DNA of 64,000 bases from Pseudomonadota bacterium (GTDB lineage Bacteria; Pseudomonadota; Gammaproteobacteria; Ga0077536). Position numbers and translations under genes: made by a program. The stretch spans positions 59,849 to 123,848 of the forward strand of contig JAYYFI010000015.1 in the NCBI GenBank assembly GCA_036158955.1, in the 5' to 3' direction. The notes beneath the pieces were generated by a model, which saw only the letters and a list, made by a program, of their open reading frames with translations, was not told where the DNA came from and did no database searches. Shown piece after piece: positions 35,784-44,599 of this stretch. Every line of letters starts with the position of its first letter. Position 1 is the first letter of the stretch.

Positions 35784-38587
35784 ACTCTCTAACTAAAGGT
35801 TCATCGGCAATAATTTTTATTACATCATTAATCGTTTGTTCTGATATTTATGCCATTGCAGGAAGAGTGGTCTACTCATACGGGGATGTGCAGGCTACCT
35901 CAAATACTGGAGAAACAAGGCAATTGCTCAGGGGAGGAGCAGTAGACGAAGGAGATTCAATCAACACAAACAATGGGCGAATACAAATACGATTCACAGA
36001 TGGTGGGTTTGTGGCCCTCCAACCGGAAACAACCTATCGACTAGATGAATACGAGTTTCAAGGCGAAACCGACGGAAATGAGAAGAGTTCATTTTATTTG
36101 GTTGAAGGTGGAATTAGGTTAGTTACAGGCCTTATAGGAAGAAAAAATAAAGAAACTTTTAAATTGCAAACACCAGTTGCAACAATAGGAATAAGAGGTA
36201 CTTCTGGCAAAGTCGTACACACAGAAGCAACCGGTACATTGCTAGCAGGATACGGTGGAATTTGGGACCTAACCTCAGGAGCATTCAACGGTCCAGTTGA
36301 ACCAGGACAAGCCTACAGTTGTAATGGACTTAGCTGTGCAGAAGTAGCAGGTTTTGGTCAAAGACAAGAAACGAACCAAGAGGCCGAAAAGGAAGAAGAG
36401 GAAGAGGAGGAAGAGAAAGAGGAAGAAGAGGAAGAAGTAGCTGAAGAAACTGAGGAAGAAGTAGCTGAAGAAACAGAAGAAAAAATCGCTGAGACCAAAG
36501 AAGAGAAAGTAGCTGAGACAAAAGAAGCGGAGGGCTTGAAACCAGAAAGCGAGGGCGAATTCAATAACATAGAAGATGCAGGAGAACCTGAAGCCTTCTT
36601 CGAAGCCGTATCGGAAGGCGGACAGCAGGTCATGCCCAGTGATGATGGAGAGATTTCTTTCTTTCAGGGAAATATAGATGAAAATACTCGAAATGTTACA
36701 GAGGAAGGGAATAGGATAACTTTTCGTAGCGGTGAACAAACAGATGCTACTGGAAACAATTCATTTTTTACTTCTGAAGGCGGAATAACTGTCTCATCAT
36801 TACAGTCACTCGGCGCGGGATTTGCCGTCAACAGGACCAGTGATTTGATCGGAAGGGCAGATTTTGCCGTCGCTGCGAGCGGAAATAAAAATACTTTGCT
36901 TTTAAAAGACTCAAAGTTATTCGCGGGTGTATCCATCGCTAGCACGAGTACAACTGGAGCAAACTCAACGACAGCTTTTGTGTCTGATCTTACTTTGCTA
37001 GAAGCATCGATAGATTCTATACCTAATGAAACTCAAAGAGCTAATCTTCGAGCGATCATATCTCAATTTCCGTCTAGCGATAGTGCTAATTTAAGAAATA
37101 ACCCTGCATCCTTTAGCAGACTTACGACAATTAATGACATCTCTTTTGGTAAATTCAGTAATGGATTTCTGGCAGTTGCTAGTCTTGATGGAGGTAGCAA
37201 TCAGTTCAATGGTGATATTTTATCCCTAACTGGCAACAAAAGCGCACATTTTATTTTCAGTAACGATTTAACAACCCCACCTTCTTCACAGCTAGTTAAA
37301 TACGATCTTGCTGCGTCATCAAACTCAACGAGCAGCGGTTCGATAGGTAGTGGTATCACATCAGGTTCAATTTTGTTTGATTTTGGATTAAGTTACGGTG
37401 CACTCAATGCTTCGTTGTCTCATGGGGGAACTGTCCATACACTGACCGGTGACCTTGATCTTTCCGGAACGAATTTTAATGGAGGTGTTGGGCTAGCGGT
37501 GAATTCCGCAGGAAATTCACATGAAGCTCGTTTTGAAGGATTTTTATCCGGAAATACAAATGGCTTGCCCTCCGGAATTGGTTTAAGTTATGGAATATTA
37601 ACCCAAGATTCAATATCTGGTACTGCGATCTTTAGTCAAGGGCCAGTTGGAAGCGTTAATCTCACTAATTCTGCGAATACAGCTAGTTTTGGATTTGTAG
37701 GAACAGCAGGAGTCGTTCTGGATAGTGGCTCAGGATTACAGGTTGCAGATTCATTTTTATTTGAGGCGCTTGGCGGAGATACAGCTACTACAACAGGAAA
37801 TATTGTTACAGCTTTCTCCACAACACAGCCAAACGATCGTTGCACGGGCACCTGTACTTTCGACCAAAATACCTCAACCGGGGTGATTGACGTAACTGGA
37901 CCTGGTGCTTTTGATCATTTTGAATTAACGACTGAAAGCGGACATATAGCAAATACATCATTGCGGGCGAACTGGGCACGTTTCACAGGTAATTATACTG
38001 TTACCAAAGATTCTATCTCAGGAGGTCAAGGTAGTGCTCACACCATTGCGTTTAGAGATATTACTCCTGTAGGGGCGAACCTTCCCTCATTCTTGGCAGG
38101 TACCACGGTGAGTTACGATACGGTTGCAGGGGGAACTCATTTTACCCATCTTTACACCCAAAATGGGGTACTGCAATCTGAAATCTTGTCCAGCTCTACC
38201 CAACTTCAAGCAGATGTTAATTTTGCTGCAGGCACTGTCGATATCGCTTTCAATGGAAACTTTACAACTGCAAATGGTTCCTCAGGCCAATGGAATTTGG
38301 CCGGATCTGCCGCTAATAATTTTTCAGGCACAGCTTTTACCTTCGTCTCCCTAGCAGGAACCGTCCAAAGCGCAGGAATTTCAGGATCAAATGGCGTGAA
38401 TTGTTCGGCAAACTGTAATATAGTCGGACAAACCGATACGGTGCTACTGGGACAATTCGCGGAGGGTTTCGGGGGTGCTGTAAGTGCTGATACGGCAGTA
38501 ACAAATGCAAGCCAACCGGTATTCACTCTAAGTGGAACCTACGTCCTTGAATCATCAGCTAATGTACCAGAGACAATCACTCGATAG
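35780..38587 (+). CDS. large exported protein: FecR-like N-terminal domain, poly-Glu repeat linker, Ser/Thr/Gly-rich region with two TbpB/fHbp-like beta-barrel signatures; putative Slam cargo
   Basis: 935 aa. The signal sequence has a Cys at 20 (SLIVCS). FecR-like block GRVVYSYGDVQ...GDSINTNNGRIQIRFTDGGFVALQPETTYRLDEY. Acidic repeats span residues 204-249. Barrel-like blocks ...ILFDFGLSYGALNASL...NFNGG...RFEGFLSG...GIGLSYGI and ...LQADVNFAAGTVDIAFNG...GQFAEGFGGAV. Confidence 0.6.
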   Translation: MNSLTKGSSAIIFITSLIVCSDIYAIAGRVVYSYGDVQATSNTGETRQLLRGGAVDEGDSINTNNGRIQIRFTDGGFVALQPETTYRLDEYEFQGETDGNEKSSFYLVEGGIRLVTGLIGRKNKETFKLQTPVATIGIRGTSGKVVHTEATGTLLAGYGGIWDLTSGAFNGPVEPGQAYSCNGLSCAEVAGFGQRQETNQEAEKEEEEEEEEKEEEEEEVAEETEEEVAEETEEKIAETKEEKVAETKEAEGLKPESEGEFNNIEDAGEPEAFFEAVSEGGQQVMPSDDGEISFFQGNIDENTRNVTEEGNRITFRSGEQTDATGNNSFFTSEGGITVSSLQSLGAGFAVNRTSDLIGRADFAVAASGNKNTLLLKDSKLFAGVSIASTSTTGANSTTAFVSDLTLLEASIDSIPNETQRANLRAIISQFPSSDSANLRNNPASFSRLTTINDISFGKFSNGFLAVASLDGGSNQFNGDILSLTGNKSAHFIFSNDLTTPPSSQLVKYDLAASSNSTSSGSIGSGITSGSILFDFGLSYGALNASLSHGGTVHTLTGDLDLSGTNFNGGVGLAVNSAGNSHEARFEGFLSGNTNGLPSGIGLSYGILTQDSISGTAIFSQGPVGSVNLTNSANTASFGFVGTAGVVLDSGSGLQVADSFLFEALGGDTATTTGNIVTAFSTTQPNDRCTGTCTFDQNTSTGVIDVTGPGAFDHFELTTESGHIANTSLRANWARFTGNYTVTKDSISGGQGSAHTIAFRDITPVGANLPSFLAGTTVSYDTVAGGTHFTHLYTQNGVLQSEILSSSTQLQADVNFAAGTVDIAFNGNFTTANGSSGQWNLAGSAANNFSGTAFTFVSLAGTVQSAGISGSNGVNCSANCNIVGQTDTVLLGQFAEGFGGAVSADTAVTNASQPVFTLSGTYVLESSANVPETITR
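36431..36526 (+). repeat. 4 x 24-nt in-frame tandem repeat within a purine-rich tract
   Basis: Units start at 36431, 36455, 36479 and 36503 and encode EEVAEETE, EEVAEETE, EKIAETKE and EKVAETKE. A 52-nt pure homopurine run (36386-36437) encoding poly-Glu/Lys runs into the first unit. Confidence 0.85.
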
Positions 38588-38592
38588 TCATT

Positions 38593-39747
38593 ATGGATTT
38601 CGCGTTATCAAATGAGCATGATTTAGTCAAAGAGACGGCAAAACGTTTCGCTGAAGAAACAATTTCACCCGTTGCTAGAGATCTTGAGCAACCAGAAAAC
38701 AGACAAATATTTTATAAAATATTAAAAGAGCTTTCCGAATTAGGTTTCATGGGAATGAATGTAGATGAAAAATTTGGCGGAAGCAATTCGGGAGTAATAG
38801 CTTTCAGTGTCGCTGTGACAGAAATTGCAAAGTCATGTGCGTCGGTTGCTGTGGCGATGTCCGTAAACAATTTAGTCGCAGAGGTTCTCCAACTTATAGG
38901 TAGTCACGAACAAAAGACTAGACATATTCCTGCTTTATGTACTGGAGAGTATCTGAGCGGAGCGTTCTGTTTATCTGAGGCAAACGCGGGTTCGGATCCT
39001 TCACTTATGAAAACTTTTGCTGAAAATCAAAATTCAGAATGGATAATTAACGGTGAAAAAATGTGGATCTCCAATGCTGATTGCGCAGGAGTATTCATCG
39101 TTTGGGCAAAAACCTTAAAAGATGCCCCGAAAGGAAAAGGAATATCTTGTTTTTTAGTTGAAAAAGATAACCCTGGTTTAAAAATTGGGAAAAGCGAGCG
39201 TAAAATGGGACAAAACGCATCGAGCACAAATGTAGTTTACTTTGATAATTGTCGGGTTGAAGAAAGCGCATTGTTGGGCGTAGAAAACGATGGTTATCGT
39301 TTCGCTATGAAAGAGTTGGTTGGAGGAAGAATCGGTATCGCCTCCCTTGCTCTAGGTATAGGTCAAGCAGCTCTTGAATATGCTACTAAATATATTAAAG
39401 AAAGAAAGCAATTCGGCGACGCTATAGCGAATTTTCAAGGCCCTCAATTTTATATTGCTGAAAGATTTACTGAAATGGAAGCCGCCCGACTTCTCACTTT
39501 TAAAGCAGCCTGGGAGAAAGAAAATGGCATCGACTATACTAAATCGGCTTCAATGGCAAAACTTTATGCTACTGAATGGGCAAATCGCGCCTGTTATACG
39601 GCATTACAATTAATGGGTGGTGTTGGATATACGATAGATACACCAATAGAAAAAATGACAAGAGACGCGCGAGTTACAACAATTTACGAAGGGACGAGCG
39701 AAATTCAAAAGATAATAATTGCAAAAGAAATAATAAATTCTATTTAA
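38593..39747 (+). CDS. acyl-CoA dehydrogenase (short/medium-chain type)
   Basis: 384 aa. Motifs FCLSEANAGSD, RKQFG..IANFQG, and IYEGTSEIQ carrying the catalytic Glu. Confidence 0.9.
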   Translation: MDFALSNEHDLVKETAKRFAEETISPVARDLEQPENRQIFYKILKELSELGFMGMNVDEKFGGSNSGVIAFSVAVTEIAKSCASVAVAMSVNNLVAEVLQLIGSHEQKTRHIPALCTGEYLSGAFCLSEANAGSDPSLMKTFAENQNSEWIINGEKMWISNADCAGVFIVWAKTLKDAPKGKGISCFLVEKDNPGLKIGKSERKMGQNASSTNVVYFDNCRVEESALLGVENDGYRFAMKELVGGRIGIASLALGIGQAALEYATKYIKERKQFGDAIANFQGPQFYIAERFTEMEAARLLTFKAAWEKENGIDYTKSASMAKLYATEWANRACYTALQLMGGVGYTIDTPIEKMTRDARVTTIYEGTSEIQKIIIAKEIINSI

Positions 39748-39751
39748 AGTT

Positions 39752-41308
39752 TTAAAGCTCTTTAGCTAGCTTCTGTCTTATCAACTTTTTATCAACCTTC
39801 CCAACTGCAGTTTTAGGAATGGAAGACCAAAAGAAAATATATTTTGGAGTCTTATAACTACCAAGCTTAGGTTTAATTGCTTGCAAAATTTCATTACCAT
39901 TAATTTTAGAACCCTTTTTTAATCTCACTACAGCCGTTACAGCTTCCCCCCATTTCTCATCGGGCAGGCCGACCACTGCACACTCTAAAACTTCATTCAA
40001 TTCAAGGATTGGCCCTTCCACTTCGGTTGCAAAAACATTAAACCCACCAGTAATAATCATATCTTTTTTTCTATCAACGATATACAAATAATTTTCATCA
40101 TCTAAATAACCTATATCGCCAGTGTGGTGCCAGCCAAACGTCCTTGCCTCCTCGGTCTCTTCAGGCTTGTTATAATAACCAGGCGTCACTAGTGGACCCC
40201 TCACGCATATTTCACCTTTTTCATAGCAAGGTTGTGGGTTACCTGCTTCATCGAGTATTGCAACATCGGTGCAGCTAGTAACCTGTCCGCAACTTGCTAG
40301 CCGATTCGAGTTGTCGCTCCTAATGGAGTCTGCGATATCCTCGGTTGACAACATCGATATCAACATTGGGGCTTCAGCCTGACCGTAACACTGTGCCACG
40401 ACCGGACCAAAAATGGCAACACCTTGCTTCAATTTAGCTGTAGCCACAGGTGCTGCCGCAATCAAAATTTGTCTTAATGACGAAGTATCAAATTGAAACC
40501 GCTGAGCATGATCAATCAAATCATAAAAAGCTGTAGGTGGCAGAAAAATATGTGTGACTTTACTTCGCTCAATTTCTTGGAGAACTTGTTTAGCATTAAA
40601 ATTTTCATGAATTATATTTAGTCCCTTACAAGCCGAGAATATTCCTATTAACAAGCCAGCAGCATGTGTTATAGGAGCCACAGCTAAATGAACGATATCT
40701 CTTTCCCTGGTCCCTATATAATGTTTTATTCCTAATTCAAACATAGTAACAATATTTGAATTTTTCATTTCCACACCTTTCGAAGGACCGGTTGTTCCTC
40801 CGGTAGGCCACCGTGAAAAAACTGAATCAGGCGAACTAAAAGGATCCGTTGAATCATTAATATGATAATCAGCGCTAGTGCGGATGAAATCTTCAACGCT
40901 AGAATGTTTTTCAATATTTTTATCGATGCAAATTGATTGATTTAAAAAAGTCAGTTTATCTTCATAACTGTCAATCTCTGTCTCGAGAGAAGAGTCAAAG
41001 AATAACCATTTCGTAGAGACATATTTCATATAATCAATATTGCTTTTCACACTGTTCCTAATGTTAACTGGAACCCAACTGGCACCTGCCAAAATTGCGC
41101 TAAAGATACAAATGACTGCATCAGCATTATTAGGAGAGTAAACAGCAACTGAATCATTTTGTTTCAAACCTCTTGCTTGAAGCGCTTGAGCAATAAGACG
41201 AATTTTAACTTCAGCTGATTTATAACTATACTCTGTCTTATAATCCTTTAGAAAAACGTCATTAGTAGACAATGAAGCACTTCTTAAAAAATAATCAATA
41301 GGTCTCAT
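39752..41308 (-). CDS. AMP-dependent acyl-CoA synthetase/ligase
   Basis: 518 aa. Motifs WPTGGTTGPSKGV, GYGQAE-like CYGQAEA, GWHHTGDIGY, and a C-terminal GKVDKK. Confidence 0.85.
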   Translation of the reverse strand: MRPIDYFLRSASLSTNDVFLKDYKTEYSYKSAEVKIRLIAQALQARGLKQNDSVAVYSPNNADAVICIFSAILAGASWVPVNIRNSVKSNIDYMKYVSTKWLFFDSSLETEIDSYEDKLTFLNQSICIDKNIEKHSSVEDFIRTSADYHINDSTDPFSSPDSVFSRWPTGGTTGPSKGVEMKNSNIVTMFELGIKHYIGTRERDIVHLAVAPITHAAGLLIGIFSACKGLNIIHENFNAKQVLQEIERSKVTHIFLPPTAFYDLIDHAQRFQFDTSSLRQILIAAAPVATAKLKQGVAIFGPVVAQCYGQAEAPMLISMLSTEDIADSIRSDNSNRLASCGQVTSCTDVAILDEAGNPQPCYEKGEICVRGPLVTPGYYNKPEETEEARTFGWHHTGDIGYLDDENYLYIVDRKKDMIITGGFNVFATEVEGPILELNEVLECAVVGLPDEKWGEAVTAVVRLKKGSKINGNEILQAIKPKLGSYKTPKYIFFWSSIPKTAVGKVDKKLIRQKLAKEL

Positions 41309-41329
41309 CCATAACTCCTTTTAGAACAA

Positions 41330-42895
41330 TTAAAACCCCGCTGCACAGCCATCTTTTCTTGGGTCAGAACCAGCGACGAATCCTCCCTGTATCTTTTGAA
41401 TAACTTGAGCCCCTCCGAATAAAATTTCATTTTTTTCAAAGCCAATATCATGACCTCGGTTTGAAAGCTCCTCAACAGTTCTTTTAGGAAAGGAAGACTC
41501 AACTATTACCTTTCCTTCTTCAATAACCTGCCACCGTGGCGCATCACAGGCTGATTGCGGGTTAAGTTTATGGGTAATGATTCGATCCAGTAATTGTACG
41601 TGGCCTTGAGGCTGCATCGGACCTCCCATCATTCCAAAAGCCATCAATGGCCGGCCAGACTCTAAAACTATTCCGGGTATTATAGTATGGAAGGGTTTTT
41701 TCCTAGGGCCAACAATATTGGGATGCTTGGAATTGAGAGAAAATCCTGCACCTCGATTATGTAATGCAATTCCTTTTTCTTTTATTACAACACCCGAACC
41801 AAAACCTAAATAATTTGACTGTATAAAAGAAACCATTAAACCAGAGGCGTCCGCTGTCGCAAGATAAACGGTATCTTGAGATTTATCTGTAAGATTGCAA
41901 GATAGAGGTTTGGCAGTATTAGAAATTGAAGAAGCATAATTAATAAATACTTCTTCATCAAAAGCATCGCCAAAATCGAATTCATAAAAATTAGGATCGG
42001 CGATCAGGTTGTGACAAATTTTTAAACTAAGTTTCATTGCTTCAATCTGGTAGTGAAAAAAATCAGTTGAGTCTAATTCGGCGATTGGTAAATAGTTTAA
42101 TATTCCCAGCGCAACGAGAGCATAAAGCCCCTGTGTATTGGGAGGCAATTCGGCAATCTCTACATCACGAAAACAAATCTTTATAGGTTCCACAACGTTT
42201 GGTTCATAATCCGCTAGATCGTCAGGTGTAATGACTCCACCTTCGGTGCTAGATTGCCTTACAATTGTTGATGCAATTTCTCCCTCATAAAACGAAGAAA
42301 ATCCAGTTGATGCGATTTCCTCTAAAGTGTAACTCATTTTCTCTCTTTTTAACCAATCGCCAATCTTAGGGACCGGAGAGAACTCTTGACGAAAAGCATC
42401 ATTTGCATTTCCAACAATGCCGTAATAATGCTTCCACTCAAGCGCCACCTTATTACCCACGAAGAAACCATTTTGTGCATAGCTTATTGCGTTTTTAAAA
42501 AGTTCAGGAAAAGATATTCGTCCGTATTGCTCTGATAATCGCCACCATAGTTTTACAGCTCCTGGCACAGTTACCGAATCCCAACCAAAAAGTGGCATGG
42601 CTTTACTATTTATAAATCTCTCTTCTGTCCAGCCAGATGGAGAGTGGCCTGTTCCATTAATTGCAATGATTTGCTCGTCATCAGCTAAGATTACAACCGC
42701 ATCTGAACCCAAGCCATTACCGGTAGGCTCAACTACGGTTAGAACAATAGCCGCCGCAAGTGCGGCATCAACCGCATTTCCTCCATTCTGTAAAATTTTA
42801 ATTCCAGCCTGTGTCGCAAGAGGCTGCGAGGAAGCTACAACGTTTTCTGCAAAAACAGGGGTTCTCTCCGACCTGTAAGATTTGTTAAAGTCCAT
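41330..42895 (-). CDS. gamma-glutamyltransferase family protein
   Basis: 521 aa. Autoprocessing-site region SQDTVYLATADASG and a C-terminal GMMGGPMQPQGH. Confidence 0.8.
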   Translation of the reverse strand: MDFNKSYRSERTPVFAENVVASSQPLATQAGIKILQNGGNAVDAALAAAIVLTVVEPTGNGLGSDAVVILADDEQIIAINGTGHSPSGWTEERFINSKAMPLFGWDSVTVPGAVKLWWRLSEQYGRISFPELFKNAISYAQNGFFVGNKVALEWKHYYGIVGNANDAFRQEFSPVPKIGDWLKREKMSYTLEEIASTGFSSFYEGEIASTIVRQSSTEGGVITPDDLADYEPNVVEPIKICFRDVEIAELPPNTQGLYALVALGILNYLPIAELDSTDFFHYQIEAMKLSLKICHNLIADPNFYEFDFGDAFDEEVFINYASSISNTAKPLSCNLTDKSQDTVYLATADASGLMVSFIQSNYLGFGSGVVIKEKGIALHNRGAGFSLNSKHPNIVGPRKKPFHTIIPGIVLESGRPLMAFGMMGGPMQPQGHVQLLDRIITHKLNPQSACDAPRWQVIEEGKVIVESSFPKRTVEELSNRGHDIGFEKNEILFGGAQVIQKIQGGFVAGSDPRKDGCAAGF

Positions 42896-42899
42896 ACCA

Positions 42900-43694
42900 T
42901 CAGTCCCTTAAACTTCCCTTTAAATCTATCTTATTTCTGATTGTCAATATTTCCTTTTGGGTTGGTGGTTTAGTCTCTTTAATACATTTTGGAACTACGA
43001 GTTCGAAATCCGTGTTGGCTAGAACTTGTTGCAATGAAACACCTGGATGTACAGAATGAATTCTCATTGCTTTTGATCTTTCTTCAAAATCCAAAACTGC
43101 GAGAGGCGTTATACAAAACTTTGGCCCCCCTCCCGGCAAGGCCAAACGTGTTCTCGCGTCATGCCCACCATCCCCCCAACCAAAAGCACTGATAAAGTCA
43201 CACTTCTTTACGAAAGTCTTTGTATCATGCCGATTTGCCACGATGTAATATCTGCCTACATGACTTGTCAGAGTAGGCACCCCTATAGAGCCAGGACCCC
43301 TTAATTCAAAACTGTTTAGATCGTTCTCTTGCTTCAAACCGATTAGATTGGTGTTCCCAAATTGATCTATTTGCAACCCACTTATAAAGAACACCCTTTT
43401 ACTCCACTTTCGAATCGAATCAAACCGGTGCCCTTTATCACTATAAGACTCAGACCAACGAACCACTCGATTATCCCAAGAGAACTCTGGTAGTGGAGAG
43501 TTTTGATTCTCCCAAATATTCATCTTTGCCCCCAGGAAAATCAAATTCATATTTGGGCCGTGATTCAAATGAGCGAGCCTAGTAGCAACTTCCGGAACTG
43601 GCAACCCAAAGCCAACTTGCAAATCCTCCCCGTCTTTTAAGTCACGGGCAATCACACAAGCCATTAATTCTTTCGTTGAGTAGGAAGTTGTCAT
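42900..43694 (-). CDS. CoA-transferase subunit B (glutaconate/3-oxoacid CoA-transferase family)
   Basis: 264 aa with a GLQIDQFGNTNL motif. It overlaps the subunit A gene by 4 nt. Confidence 0.65.
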   Translation of the reverse strand: MTTSYSTKELMACVIARDLKDGEDLQVGFGLPVPEVATRLAHLNHGPNMNLIFLGAKMNIWENQNSPLPEFSWDNRVVRWSESYSDKGHRFDSIRKWSKRVFFISGLQIDQFGNTNLIGLKQENDLNSFELRGPGSIGVPTLTSHVGRYYIVANRHDTKTFVKKCDFISAFGWGDGGHDARTRLALPGGGPKFCITPLAVLDFEERSKAMRIHSVHPGVSLQQVLANTDFELVVPKCIKETKPPTQKEILTIRNKIDLKGSLRD

Positions 43695-44572
43695 ACCGGA
43701 TATTCACCTAATCCTAAAAACCTTTCAATTCCAATTTCATCAATATAACCAGTATGACTTTTTGGGTTTAAAAACATTTTATCAACAAATTGATCGTATT
43801 CTTGACGGTTACCATTTTTTACTGCTGCACTGGCTAATTCAAAATATTTTTCAATAAACTTTTTATCTATTATGTAGTTTCCACGACTATACAAAGGGTG
43901 AGCTCCCCATAATTGATGAATTATTCCAGTCGGTTCCGAAATAGTTGTCGCCCACGGATTCGAACGAATCTCCTCATTGGAAACAATTTTTTCAACCTGA
44001 ACCACAGCTTTACGAGAGGCTCGCCATAAAAATAGGTCCAACCATCCTGGCCCTCTACAGTGTTGGATGTTGCCAAAAGCGTCACTCTTATCGGCATGGA
44101 GAATAGCAAGGTCCGGCACAATTGCTGGCACTGCAATCAATCGTTCATTTTCTATGGGATCATTAAAAATTTTAAGGTCACTATTTAGTTCTGGTATTGA
44201 GGTACCAATTCCTCCTCGCCAAGGCAAGAATGGGAGCCCTTTACCAGACGCCTCTAATCCGGTAGTCAGTATTCCCTCATCGCATTCCCATATTTCAATC
44301 TCGTTATTTTCAACTGCCCTTCGGTAAAAAGGAAGTATTGGTGTCCCTGGTATGCCTGCGGCTATATAACTAATTACTTTATCGACTTGCCCTGCGGCTA
44401 TCAAAACATCTAAGGCAATACCTGAAGCTATTAGAGTTAATTTCTTTATTTTATTTTGCAAACATAATCTTACAATAGACATTGGCGCCGGTTCGCCAAT
44501 TGCCAATATCATCCCGTCAAAAAAAAATGATGCTATTTTTTCTTCATCTACTATCAACTCACTTCGCTTCAT
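43691..44572 (-). CDS. CoA-transferase subunit A (glutaconate/3-oxoacid CoA-transferase family)
   Basis: 293 aa. Motifs DGMILAIGE and LAILHADKSDAFGNI. Confidence 0.65.
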   Translation of the reverse strand: MKRSELIVDEEKIASFFFDGMILAIGEPAPMSIVRLCLQNKIKKLTLIASGIALDVLIAAGQVDKVISYIAAGIPGTPILPFYRRAVENNEIEIWECDEGILTTGLEASGKGLPFLPWRGGIGTSIPELNSDLKIFNDPIENERLIAVPAIVPDLAILHADKSDAFGNIQHCRGPGWLDLFLWRASRKAVVQVEKIVSNEEIRSNPWATTISEPTGIIHQLWGAHPLYSRGNYIIDKKFIEKYFELASAAVKNGNRQEYDQFVDKMFLNPKSHTGYIDEIGIERFLGLGEYPV

Positions 44573-44599
44573 TTCTTCTCCTAGCGCTAGTCTTTTAGT

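Noticed and set aside
36275-36945. Four minus-strand ORFs (36275-36739, 36330-36521, 36358-36633, 36664-36945) with poly-Leu/Phe/Ser translations
   Set aside because: These are antisense shadows of the GAA/GAG-rich acidic repeat in the 935-aa plus-strand gene. They are low-complexity, with no start context and no independent support.
41305-41502. 65-aa minus-strand ORF bridging the GGT and CoA-ligase genes
   Set aside because: It lies almost entirely within the 3' end of the GGT gene in another frame, with no motif support.
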